Positions 50,308-59,970 of a stretch of DNA of 64,000 nucleotides are shown here, piece by piece (the stretch's first letter is position 1; each line of letters begins with the position of its first letter). The DNA is from an uncultured Gemmatimonadaceae bacterium (GTDB taxonomy: Bacteria > Gemmatimonadota > Gemmatimonadetes > Gemmatimonadales > Gemmatimonadaceae), in the NCBI GenBank assembly GCA_963817955.1, contig CAWFQK010000004.1, positions 864,001 to 928,000 of the forward strand, given 5' to 3'. Position numbers and translations under genes: made by a program. The notes under the pieces are model-generated. The model had not been told where the DNA came from and did no database searches. It saw only the letters and a list, made by a program, of their open reading frames with translations.

Positions 50308-50643
50308 GAGTGACCGTCGATCGGCGGTGAGTGGGCGTCGAATCGGCGAGAGCGGCCGTCGATTCAGCGTGAGCGGCCGTCAAATCGGCGAGAGCGGTCA
50401 TCGATCGCCGGTGAGTGACCGTCGAATCGACGTGAGTGGGCACCGAATCGGCGAGAGCGACCGTCGATCGGCCGTAAGTGACCGTCGAATCGGCGCGAGC
50501 GGTCGCCGAATCGGCTCGAGTGGGCGTCGAATCGGCGTTTAGGTGCGTCGACTCGGCCTGTAGGTGCGTCGCCTCGCCGGTTAGGACCGTCGATTCAGCC
50601 TGTAGGGCCGTCGACCAGCCCTCGGTGCCCGTCTAGCGCCGTG
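50308..50643. repeat. Tandem array of 15-16 degenerate 21-bp units
   Basis: Consensus about GAGYGRCCGTCGAATCGGCGW; the CGTCGA core recurs every 21 bp with no indels. Confidence 0.92.
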
Positions 50644-50775
50644 CGCGAGCGGCGGTCAGGCTCGCACCGTCGAGGGCGCGGCCAAACTTTGGTATCGCAC
50701 CCCCCTATACTCTAGTCTCCGCGGGCGCACGCTGGCGCAAGAGGAAATTTTTGCCGCCCACGCCGTTGCGCCGTG

Positions 50776-50939
50776 ACGCGACACGAGACACGAGACACGA
50801 GACACGAGACACGAGACACGAGAAAAACTCACAACGCACAACTCACAACTGGAAACTCGAACCTCGCCGACCGGCGGGCCGACCGCTACGGAGCAGCCAG
50901 CGACATCCAGCCGGTCAACACCCGGAGCCCAATCCACTC
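50776..50939 (-). repeat. Dispersed ~110-bp repeat, copy C, with (GACACGA)6 tail
   Basis: Reverse-complement match to copies A and B. Confidence 0.88.
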
Positions 50940-51006
50940 AGCAGCGGCCGGCGAGAGTGGCTCGCCTCGTGGTCACCCACGATCGCGCCTGCCACGTCCG
51001 ACCACC

Positions 51007-53292
51007 TCACGGCATGCTGGCCGCCGCAGGCTTATCAGCGCCCTTCTTCAGCTTGGAGTCGTACCACTCCACCATCCGCCGCGACATGTCCAGAAAATCG
51101 TCCGCCGTGGCCGTTCCGCCGCCGTGCCCGCCGTTCGCATAACTCACCCACACAACTTCCTTTCCGAGCCGCCGCAACGCGTAGTACATCTCCCGCGTGT
51201 TGTCTGCCGGCACGTTGGAGTCCTGACCACCCGTGATGAGCATGAGCGGCGTCGTGATGCGGTCGGCGAACATGATTGCCGAGTGCTGCACGTACTTCTG
51301 CGGCTGCTGCCAGAGGGTGGCGCCAAGGCGATCCTGCTGGCGCTCGGCGGCCGTGATGTTGCGCACGCCGAGACGCGGACTGTCTGTGTAAAAGCTGATG
51401 ACGTCGACTTTTCCGGAAATATTGATGGCCGCCTTGAAGCGATTCGTCTGCGTCACAAGCAGGTTCGTGGCGTAGCCGCCGTAGCTCTGGCCCTGCACTC
51501 CCAGACGCGCCGAATCGGCGATGCCGAGCTCGATCAGCTTGTTGGCCGCGGCGGTGACACCTTTGAGCCACGCCTCGCCAGGATAGCCCGTCTCGAAATC
51601 GACTGACGGTTTGACGACCACGTAGCCGTTGGCCGCGAGGACGTTCGCCGTCACATCCCACGTATCATCGAAGTAGTCTTCATAGATGATGAAAACGGTC
51701 GGGTACGCGGTGCCCTTCTGGTAGTTCGCGGGATAGTGCACCACGCCGTACTTGGCGTGGCCGTCGGCATCGAGATACGACAGCAGGCCCGTCGGGCCGA
51801 ATTGCTTTGCCGCAAGCTGCGGATTCGACTCCGCGAACGGGTGCAGATTCGACAGGTCGGCGTTGGCCGTAAAGATGTCGCCCGGGCGATTGCCCTGCGT
51901 CACGGTGAGGAATGCGGTGCTTCCGTCCTTCGAGAGACGCAGATTGCTGTACGAGCGGCCATCCTTCACGAGATCGCGCGACTGTTTCGTCGCGCGGTCG
52001 TACAGAACGACTCCGCGCTCCCATTTCGTTCGCGACGCGCTCGTGAAGTACAGCTTCGAGCCATCGTCGCTCCATGCGGCAAACGTCACCCGCGGCATGG
52101 TCGGATTCGAGTCGTTCGCCGCGATGGCCATGTCGCGCTTGCCGGTGCCGAGGTCGAGCACCCACTGCCCTTCCCCGTTGGCGACGAGCAGGGCATCGCC
52201 GTGCGGGCTGAACCGGCTCGCCGAAAACCGGGCAGCTCGTGTGCGTGCGCGGCCAGCGGCGGATGTATCGGGGGGCGTAGCAGGCACGCCTTTCACGGGC
52301 TCCGGCGGACCAGCCATGAGACGCGCCGCGCTGTCGCCAAGCGACGCATAGTACACGCGTCCGTCCTTGGAGTACGCGTACCGAGTGCCGTCTTCCGACC
52401 AGATGATTTGCGCGCCGCGCGTCGAGGCGAGGAGCGTGCGTGGCGTGGCGCCGTTGAGCGGCCGCGCAATCAAGCGGCCATCGCTGCCACCCACGTCGTA
52501 GTCCGTCTTCTTGGTTTGGTCTTCGGCGTAGGTGACGGCGCTGCCGTCCGTGGCCAGCGTGTACGACGCAATCATCGCTTCCGGCACCAGCTCGTGATAC
52601 TCGCCTGTCTTCACGTCTACCGCGCCCACGCTGCGCTTGTTTCCCATACGGCGCAGGTCATCCCAGGCGAGGAACGGGTCCTTGCTGTTCTGCACGAATA
52701 CGGGGCCGACGGTCATGTTCGTGAAGGTGTCGCGCACCTTGTTGCGCCAGTCGAGGGTGTGCACCGCCACGACCACCTGTGTGCCGGCCCCGTTCCACCG
52801 GATGTCGCTGGCCTCGGCGACGTACTTGCCGGCGGGCAGCTTCAGCGACACCAGCTTGCCTGACGCGCGCGTGTAGATCGCCGGCTCATAGGTGTCGCCG
52901 TTCCAGGCGAGCAGGGCGAGCTGGCTGCCATTGGGCGACCAGCGCATGCCGCGCACGGCGCGTTTGTCCGGGAACACCGGCTTCCGATCGCCGGTTCGCG
53001 CATCGGCGATCCAGAGGCGCAACGATGTCGGATGGACGTATGTTGGATCGCCATCGTGGCGAAAGTCGTTGCCGTAGCTATCGCGGCGCACCGCCTGGGT
53101 CAGCGCCAGCCAACGTCCGTCTTCAGAGAGATCGGCAACGGCGTATGTGCTGATCTCGAGGGCGTCTTGAGCCGTGAAAAACGGCGAGTTGGTGGGGCGC
53201 GCAGCCTGCTGCGCGATAGAGACTTGTCCGCGCGATAGCGCTGGTACGAGGACAAGCAGAAGCGCGGCCAGATGAAGCCGATGGCGATTCAT
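51007..53292 (-). CDS. S9 family (prolyl oligopeptidase-like) serine peptidase
   Basis: Signal peptide, propeller repeats, GQSYGG nucleophile, DSNV, GGH. Confidence 0.9.
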   Translation of the reverse strand: MNRHRLHLAALLLVLVPALSRGQVSIAQQAARPTNSPFFTAQDALEISTYAVADLSEDGRWLALTQAVRRDSYGNDFRHDGDPTYVHPTSLRLWIADARTGDRKPVFPDKRAVRGMRWSPNGSQLALLAWNGDTYEPAIYTRASGKLVSLKLPAGKYVAEASDIRWNGAGTQVVVAVHTLDWRNKVRDTFTNMTVGPVFVQNSKDPFLAWDDLRRMGNKRSVGAVDVKTGEYHELVPEAMIASYTLATDGSAVTYAEDQTKKTDYDVGGSDGRLIARPLNGATPRTLLASTRGAQIIWSEDGTRYAYSKDGRVYYASLGDSAARLMAGPPEPVKGVPATPPDTSAAGRARTRAARFSASRFSPHGDALLVANGEGQWVLDLGTGKRDMAIAANDSNPTMPRVTFAAWSDDGSKLYFTSASRTKWERGVVLYDRATKQSRDLVKDGRSYSNLRLSKDGSTAFLTVTQGNRPGDIFTANADLSNLHPFAESNPQLAAKQFGPTGLLSYLDADGHAKYGVVHYPANYQKGTAYPTVFIIYEDYFDDTWDVTANVLAANGYVVVKPSVDFETGYPGEAWLKGVTAAANKLIELGIADSARLGVQGQSYGGYATNLLVTQTNRFKAAINISGKVDVISFYTDSPRLGVRNITAAERQQDRLGATLWQQPQKYVQHSAIMFADRITTPLMLITGGQDSNVPADNTREMYYALRRLGKEVVWVSYANGGHGGGTATADDFLDMSRRMVEWYDSKLKKGADKPAAASMP

Positions 53293-53387
53293 GGCGGACG
53301 ATGGGCGAAGGGCGGTAGCCGACTGGCATGGAGGACTACCAGAAGTACGACATCACCCGCGCAAGGACAACCCTCGTACCAGCCTGG

Positions 53388-54252
53388 CTAATCTCCGAGG
53401 TAACTCTCGAGCGCCCTGGCCCGGCTGACGTGCCGCAGCCGCGACAGCGCCTTTTCCTTGATCTGGCGCACGCGCTCGCGCGTGATGCCCAGCAGCGCGC
53501 CGATTTCCTCGAGCGTCATCGGTTCGCTGGTGCCGTCCAGCCCGAAGTAGAGCCGCAGGATCCTCGACTCGCGCTCCTTCAAATGCGACAGCGCTTCCTC
53601 GATCGACTCGGTGAGCGCCTTCTCGAAGATCACCTCATCCGGGGTTGGGTTGAGCGTATCGGGGAGGTAATCGAGGAGCTTATTGTCCTCGCCCGGCGTC
53701 AATGGTGCGTCAAGCGAAAGGTGCGTCTGCGAGATCGCCATCGTCTTGGCGACTTCTTCTTCGGTGATGTCCATGCCCTGCGCGATCTCGGCATGCGTTG
53801 CGTCACGCCCCAGTTCCTGGAGCAACAAGTTGGCGCGCTTGCCAATGCGATGCAGCGTGCCCGCGCGATTGAGCGGCACGCGCACGATGCGCGATTGCTC
53901 GGCCAGCGCCTGGAGGATGGCCTGACGGATCCACCAGACCGCATAGGAGATGAACTTGATCCCCTTGGTTTCGTCGAATTTGTGCGCCGCGCGGATCAGA
54001 CCGAGGTTGCCCTCGTTGATCAAGTCCGAGAGCGACACGCCTTGATTCTGATACTTCTTTGCCACCGAGACGACGAAGCGCAGGTTCGAGCGCACGAGCT
54101 TGTCGAGCGCTTCCTCATCGCCAGTCGCGGATGTTCTGGGCGAGGCGCACTTCCTCCTCGCGATTGATCAGGGGATACGCACTGATGTCGCGGAGGTACT
54201 GGTCGAGCGAACCTTCTTCGTAGGACGACTTCTTGTTGCCGGTGGCAGCCAT
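53388..54252 (-). CDS. RNA polymerase sigma factor, RpoD/RpoS-like short form (frameshift near 54126)
   Basis: LDQYLRDI...EEEVRLA; SNLRFVVSVAKKY, DLINEGNLGL, KFISYAVWWIRQ, TLEEIG, TRERVRQI. Confidence 0.93.
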
Positions 54253-54348
54253 ACGTACAGCGGCTCCTTCCTTTGGTGCGGCTGGCCCGGTCGTTCGCAA
54301 ACGCGGCCGGCCGGGGGGGCTACGGGAGGGTGGGAACCTGAGACTTGT

Positions 54349-55176
54349 CTACTTGATCCGTTCACCAAGCCGTGTCCAACGAACGTGCGTCAACCAGGCG
54401 AATGTGTCGACTGAATCAGGCGAGTAGCTGTAATAGATCACGAACGGGCGGCCTTTCACCAGGGAGTCGGGCACAAAACCCCAATATCGGCTATCGAGTG
54501 AGTTGTCCCGATTGTCGCCCAAAACGAAGTAGTTCCCCTTTGGGACGACTAACGGTCCCCAGTTGTTTCGAGATGGATGATAACTCGTCGCCGCAGCCGC
54601 CGTGCGAACGAGATACTCGCGCTGCCACCGAAAATCCTCGGGTGCCGGATCCAGGTCCGGCTCCGTGTGCTCGATGTACCGCTCTTGGAGCGCATGGCTA
54701 TTCCGGACAAGCGTGCCGCTGTGCATCTCCAACGTGTCGCCCGGCAGGCCGACGAGTCGCTTTACCAGGTACTTGCTGCGGTCCTCGGGCCACTGGAACA
54801 CGAGGACGTCGCCATGCCGGGGGGCGCGCAATCGTGGCAAACGCGCATGCGTGAATGGTACCTCCGCGCCGTAGACGAGCTTGTTCACGAGCAGGAAATC
54901 ACCAACCTGGAGTGTGTTCTCCATGCTGCCACTCGGGATCTTGAACGCCTCCACAAAGAAGGTTCGGATGAGCAGGAAGAGAAGAATGGAGACCTGGAAT
55001 ATCTTGGTCCACTCCCAAATGAACCCGAACCTCGTGCGCCCCCGGTTGAGCTCGCGTAACGCCTCGACACGCGCCTCGGGCGTGATCATGCGCGACGGCG
55101 GGTCAGCGCCCTCGACGTGATCGGTCCCGGGGGGTGTCGAAGCGGGCTCGTTCATGCTCATCTCTTCCACTGCCAT
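54349..55176 (-). CDS. lepB: Signal peptidase I
   Basis: IPSGSMENTL, GDFLLVNK, VKRLVGLPGD, GDNRDNSLDSR. Confidence 0.95.
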   Translation of the reverse strand: MAVEEMSMNEPASTPPGTDHVEGADPPSRMITPEARVEALRELNRGRTRFGFIWEWTKIFQVSILLFLLIRTFFVEAFKIPSGSMENTLQVGDFLLVNKLVYGAEVPFTHARLPRLRAPRHGDVLVFQWPEDRSKYLVKRLVGLPGDTLEMHSGTLVRNSHALQERYIEHTEPDLDPAPEDFRWQREYLVRTAAAATSYHPSRNNWGPLVVPKGNYFVLGDNRDNSLDSRYWGFVPDSLVKGRPFVIYYSYSPDSVDTFAWLTHVRWTRLGERIK

Positions 55177-55245
55177 CCAGATGTCAGTTCGCGGTCACGG
55201 CCGCAGTCCCGAACTGTCCCGGGTGCCGCGTCCAGTGTCTCACCC

Positions 55246-56745
55246 TCAGTCCGGCGTGCCCAGATAATTGTCGATCTGGGCCCGCTGGAGCGACCCCGAG
55301 AAGTCGATGTATCCGACCTTGGTCTCGGAATAGAACTCGTACACTTCCCAGCCGCCCTCGCGATGGCCATTGCCTGTCTGTTTTACGCCGCCGAACGGCA
55401 GATGTGCCTCCGCTCCAATCGTTGGCGCGTTGATGTACGTGATGCCGGTGTCGAGCTCATTCATCGCGCGCATGGCCACGTTCACGTCCCGGGTGTAGAC
55501 CGAAGACGACAGGCCATACTTCACGTCGTTATTGATCGCGAACGCTTCATCCGTGCCGCGGAAGCGCACTACTGAAAGAACGGGGCCAAAGATCTCTTCC
55601 TGCTCGAGCCGCATCCCGGCCCGCACGCGAGCGAAGATCGTCGGCTCAAAGAAGTAGCCGTTGTCCACGTCCTTGCCCGTCGGACGTTTCCCACCGCACA
55701 TCAGGTCGGCTCCTTCTTGCTGGCCGATGTCGATGTATCGCTCCACCTTTTCGAGGGCGCTCTGGTTGATCAGCGGCCCGACGTCGGTTCCCGCCCGGCG
55801 GCCGTCACCAAGCTTGAGTGCGCGGACGCGATCGATGAGGCGGCTCAGCAATTCATCGTGTACGCCGTCCTGGACGACGAGACGACTCGTGGCGGTACAG
55901 CGCTGTCCTGTGGTGCCAAAGGCCCCCCAGAGCACCCCGTCGAGTGCCAGATCGAGATCGGCGTCGTCGAACACGAGCATGGCGTTCTTGCCGCCCATTT
56001 CGAGCGACAACCGCTTGTGCATGCGACCACACACCTCGCCCACGAGACGCCCGGTCTCGGTGGATCCCGTAAATGAGATGACCGGAATGAGCGGATGGTT
56101 CACGATCGCCGCTCCAACCGACTCGCCCACACCATGCACGAGCTGGATCACCTCGGGCGGCAATCCTGCCTCGAGCATGATTTCAACGAGCATGTGGCCG
56201 GTGGCGGGTACGTCCTCCGCCGGCTTGAAGATGCAGGCGTTCCCGCAGAGCAGCGCCGGGAACATCTTCCACGTCGGAATGGCCATTGGAAAGTTGAACG
56301 GCGTGACGATGCCACACACCCCGATGGGTCTACGAAAGCTCATCGCCCACTTGCTGCGCATCTCGCTGGGCACCGTGTGTCCGAACAGTCTCCGGCCTTC
56401 GGTAGCCGCGTAGTACGCCGTGTCGATGCCTTCCTGGACGTCGCCCCGTGTCTCGGTGAGCGGCTTGCCCATCTCACGCGTCATCTGGTCGGCGAGCTCC
56501 TCTTTGCGCTTCGACATGATGTCGCCGATGCGCCGCAGGACGTCGCCGCGCGCCGGAGCGGGCGTATTGCGCCAGATCTCGAAGCCACGACGCGCCGAGT
56601 CCACCGCCCGCTCGACGTCAGCCGCGCCGGACAGCGGAAAGCGTCCAACCGTATCAGACCGGTCGGCGGGATTCCGGTTCTCGAAATACTCGCCACCGAT
56701 CGGAGGCACCCAATTGCCGCCGACGAAATTATTAAATGTTTTCAT
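55246..56745 (-). CDS. Aldehyde dehydrogenase family protein
   Basis: TPFNFP, FTGSTETG, LEMGGKN, GQRCTA, EEIFGPV, PFGG. Confidence 0.95.
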   Translation of the reverse strand: MKTFNNFVGGNWVPPIGGEYFENRNPADRSDTVGRFPLSGAADVERAVDSARRGFEIWRNTPAPARGDVLRRIGDIMSKRKEELADQMTREMGKPLTETRGDVQEGIDTAYYAATEGRRLFGHTVPSEMRSKWAMSFRRPIGVCGIVTPFNFPMAIPTWKMFPALLCGNACIFKPAEDVPATGHMLVEIMLEAGLPPEVIQLVHGVGESVGAAIVNHPLIPVISFTGSTETGRLVGEVCGRMHKRLSLEMGGKNAMLVFDDADLDLALDGVLWGAFGTTGQRCTATSRLVVQDGVHDELLSRLIDRVRALKLGDGRRAGTDVGPLINQSALEKVERYIDIGQQEGADLMCGGKRPTGKDVDNGYFFEPTIFARVRAGMRLEQEEIFGPVLSVVRFRGTDEAFAINNDVKYGLSSSVYTRDVNVAMRAMNELDTGITYINAPTIGAEAHLPFGGVKQTGNGHREGGWEVYEFYSETKVGYIDFSGSLQRAQIDNYLGTPD

Positions 56746-56833
56746 AATGAAGATGTTGCGGGTCCAGTGAGCGCTCACGGCCAGGCGGGCCGACGGTAGA
56801 AACTTCGTTGGGACCGGGCGGAAGAACCAGTCT

Positions 56834-56889
56834 GGGTGTCCCGTATCCCGTGTCTCGCGTCCCGTGTCCCGTGTCTCGTGTCTCGTGTC
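56834..56889. repeat. Heptamer tandem repeat (YCGTGTC) x8, degenerate
   Basis: Seen directly, 2 nt after the stop of the gene at 56892. Confidence 0.85.
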
Positions 56890-56891
56890 CC

Positions 56892-57374
56892 TTACTGGCA
56901 CGCCCACGTTGCCGGATGTTGCGCATCCGGCTTGGCGTATCCGATGCGCGGTAGCACCTCCATCGACCCGAGCACGAGGCCCCAGAGGATGAGCAGCAGC
57001 GACAGCGTGTGTGCCCGGCTCGCGCGATGGCGCCAGGTCCAGACGGAACTCCACACGCCACTCGTGATCACGACCGCCACGGCGGCCAGATACGCAGCCA
57101 ATCCGGGTCCGCACCGCGCCGGATATGGCCACACGACCATCGCGACTCCCAGGAGCACCGACAGCGTCAGACGCGCGAAGACGCCAAAATTGGTCGTGAC
57201 GCGCGGCTCGCCGGTGGACGCCGCCGGCGCCTTCGCGGAGGATCCCTTGGCCGCAGGCGTGGGTGGCTTTCCGCTCACCTTGACCGGTGTCGGCCCCAGT
57301 AGCGCGTCGTCCGAGAGCGACGCGAGCTGCTTGTCCACCTTCGCCAGTTCCTTGTCCCAGTCGCGGTCGGCCAT
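56892..57374 (-). CDS. Hypothetical membrane protein
   Basis: MADRDWDKELAKVDKQL, three TM segments, LPRIGYA. Confidence 0.75.
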   Translation of the reverse strand: MADRDWDKELAKVDKQLASLSDDALLGPTPVKVSGKPPTPAAKGSSAKAPAASTGEPRVTTNFGVFARLTLSVLLGVAMVVWPYPARCGPGLAAYLAAVAVVITSGVWSSVWTWRHRASRAHTLSLLLILWGLVLGSMEVLPRIGYAKPDAQHPATWACQ

Positions 57375-58756
57375 TAGCCCGCCGTTTCACGAGTGAGGGT
57401 GTACCGCTCGATCTTCTTGTACAGATTGGAGCGCGGCATATCGAGTGCCCGCGCCGTTTCCGACACGTTCCAGTCGAACTCCCGCAGTTTGGCGAGCAGG
57501 AACGCGCGCTCGGAGGCGTGCTTGAATGCCTCAAAGGTCTTGCATTCGAGCAGCGAGCTGAGGCCGGCCTGCTCCGGATCGCGCCGCCCTACGAGACGCG
57601 CCACGTCGTCGCCCGTGATGCGCGGCCCCGCAGACAGTATGAGCAACCGCTCGATAGTGTTTCGCAACTCCCGGACGTTGCCGGGCCAGTCGAGCTGCAT
57701 GAGCTGTTCGACGGCCTCGGATGCCATCATCCGCGGCGCCACCCCTTCACGATTGGTGAGCACGTTGACGAAATGCGCCACCAGGAGCGGAATGTCCTCG
57801 CGCCGCTCGCGGAGCGGCGGCACGTGAATCGGCACGACATTCACGCGGTAGAACAGGTCTTCGCGGAACCGCCCGTCGGCAATCTCGGTCTCGAGGTTCT
57901 TGTTCGTCGCCGCGAGCACGCGCACGTCCACCTCGATCGGCTTGGAGCCGCCGATGCGCATCACCACGTTGTCCTGAAGCACGCGCAACACTTTTGCCTG
58001 CGCCGCCAAGCTCATGTCGCCGATCTCATCGAGGAACAGGGTGCCGCGGTTTGCCTGCTCGAACTTGCCGGCGCGATCCATCACCGCCCCGGTAAACGAG
58101 CCTTTCATGTGCCCAAACAGCTCGCTTTCGATGAGCTCACTGGGAATCGCGGCGCAGTTCACCTCGACGAATGGCCCGGCGGCGCGGGACGAGTTCGCGT
58201 GCAGCGCGCGGGCCACCAGTTCCTTGCCCGTCCCGTTCTCGCCAGTGACCAGCACCCGCGCCGGCGTCGGGCCCACACGCTCGATCTTGTCGATCACGGC
58301 ACGGATGCCGTACGACTTCCCAACAATCTCATAGCGGGATTGGATCGTCTCCTTGAGACGCGCGTTCTCCTCGTGCAGATCCAGATGCTGCAGCGCATTC
58401 CGGAGTGTGACGAGAATCCGGTCCGTATCGAGCGGTTTCTCCAGCATGTCGTACGCGCCGAGCTGCGTCGCTTCCACCGCCGTCTGAATGGTGGCGTGGC
58501 CGCTGATCATCACGACAACCGCGCTCGGATCCGACTCTTTGATCTTCTTCAGCGCCTCGACGCCGTCAATGCCGGCCATCTTCACGTCGAGAAAGACGAG
58601 ATCGGGCCGCTGCTTCTTGTATTCGGAAATGCCGTCGACGGCATTCCCGACGGCGCGCACCTCGTAGCCCTCGAATTCCAGGAGCTGGCCGAGCGCGGCA
58701 CGTATGCCCTGCTCGTCGTCGATGATCAGGATGCGACGCGGCGGCGCCATCGTCAT
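57374..58756 (-). CDS. Sigma-54-type response regulator (NtrC/NtrX family)
   Basis: Receiver (IIDDE, FLDVKM), GENGTGKE, ESELFGH, GSFTGA, FLDEIG, WPGNVREL, HTH. Confidence 0.93.
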   Translation of the reverse strand: MTMAPPRRILIIDDEQGIRAALGQLLEFEGYEVRAVGNAVDGISEYKKQRPDLVFLDVKMAGIDGVEALKKIKESDPSAVVVMISGHATIQTAVEATQLGAYDMLEKPLDTDRILVTLRNALQHLDLHEENARLKETIQSRYEIVGKSYGIRAVIDKIERVGPTPARVLVTGENGTGKELVARALHANSSRAAGPFVEVNCAAIPSELIESELFGHMKGSFTGAVMDRAGKFEQANRGTLFLDEIGDMSLAAQAKVLRVLQDNVVMRIGGSKPIEVDVRVLAATNKNLETEIADGRFREDLFYRVNVVPIHVPPLRERREDIPLLVAHFVNVLTNREGVAPRMMASEAVEQLMQLDWPGNVRELRNTIERLLILSAGPRITGDDVARLVGRRDPEQAGLSSLLECKTFEAFKHASERAFLLAKLREFDWNVSETARALDMPRSNLYKKIERYTLTRETAG

Positions 58757-59403
58757 TCCACGTTCTTGTACAGGGTGATCTTTCCGTTCGCCACTCGAAT
58801 GTCGCCCACATACCGTGGCATCGGCAACGGCAGGGCGTTTTCGTCGAGGCCGGGCGGGCGCTGGCCTCGCGCGAACTGCCGGACCAGACGAGGGATCATG
58901 CCCTGCGGCACGTTGAGCTTTCCCACCTTCATGTCCTCTACTTGAAACTCGCCCATGCCTGGCTTGACCACCCGGAACGTGCCGGTGAGTTCCACCTGTT
59001 CGCGGTCGCCGAGCATGGCTGCGAGTGGTCCGAGACCGCCCGCGCCCCCAAGGTCAGTCAGCCGGACGTTCGCGCGAAGCGACACTTTGTCACCGCTCAC
59101 TCTCGCGGCAATGCTGTCGCTCGATGGCGGTAGCTGCTTCGCCAGCGCCGTGAACACGTAGGAGGCGACATCACCGCCGGACAGCGTCTGAAACACCGGT
59201 CCGCGCGGCTGGCTGAGCTTGGACAACGCGGCGCGCGTTCGCTCACTGCCCTTGGCGCTCAACGGCTCCCACGTAGCCACGGGCGCACTCACGGCGGCGT
59301 GCGCCCGGAATTGCTGCGGCATCCAGCGGTCGCGCGTGAACCAGCCCACCACGGCCAGAATAGCGAGGATGAACAGACAACCAAGTCGTGCGATGCAGCC
59401 CAT
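58753..59403 (-). CDS. Hypothetical membrane-anchored protein
   Basis: N-terminal MGCIARLGCLFILAIL anchor; packed in an operon. Confidence 0.72.
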   Translation of the reverse strand: MGCIARLGCLFILAILAVVGWFTRDRWMPQQFRAHAAVSAPVATWEPLSAKGSERTRAALSKLSQPRGPVFQTLSGGDVASYVFTALAKQLPPSSDSIAARVSGDKVSLRANVRLTDLGGAGGLGPLAAMLGDREQVELTGTFRVVKPGMGEFQVEDMKVGKLNVPQGMIPRLVRQFARGQRPPGLDENALPLPMPRYVGDIRVANGKITLYKNVE

Positions 59404-59406
59404 GTG

Positions 59407-59970
59407 TCAGTCGCTCCGGAGCGCCGCCGACACGAGGGTCGTGTAGGCAGGGCCCGACTGGGAAAGTTCGCTCTGCATCAAATCGATGGACCGAACAAGG
59501 AATTCACTCCGAATTTCCGTTTGCTTCGCGACGCGCGACAATTCGCGCAGCCGCTCTTCCTCCAACGGATGTCGTACCCGCGCCAGCGTCAGATGTGGCC
59601 GAAAGGGACGTCCGTCGAGCTCGAAGCCAAGCGTCTCGCACGCCACCTCCACATCATGGTGCAACAGCTCGAGCCGTGGTTCGTGCTCGATACCCATCCA
59701 TACGACGCGCGCTCGCCGAAAGTTCGGGAACGCCCCAATGCCGCCGAGCGTCATCTGGAGCTCCTTGTGGCGGCCGGCAACTCCGCCAATCGCCGTCCCG
59801 ATGTCCGCCACGCGCTCGGCTGGTTGTTCGCCAAGGAACTTGAGGGTGAAGTGCAGCCGCGGCGCGCTGGCCCACGCCAGCTCGGGTGCGCAATTGCGCA
59901 ATGCCGCGGTCGCGTCGGCGACGTCGCACCGAACCGCCGCGGGGAGATTAATGGCGAGAAACAGACGCAA
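59407..59970 (-). CDS. thpR: RNA 2',3'-cyclic phosphodiesterase (2H family)
   Basis: RLFLAI, HFTLKFLG, FRPHLTLAR, GPAY; TTG start. Confidence 0.92.
   Translation of the reverse strand: MRLFLAINLPAAVRCDVADATAALRNCAPELAWASAPRLHFTLKFLGEQPAERVADIGTAIGGVAGRHKELQMTLGGIGAFPNFRRARVVWMGIEHEPRLELLHHDVEVACETLGFELDGRPFRPHLTLARVRHPLEEERLRELSRVAKQTEIRSEFLVRSIDLMQSELSQSGPAYTTLVSAALRSD

Noticed and set aside
50308..50643. CRISPR array
   Set aside because: Units are contiguous degenerate 21-mers with no unique spacers, and there are no cas genes in the window
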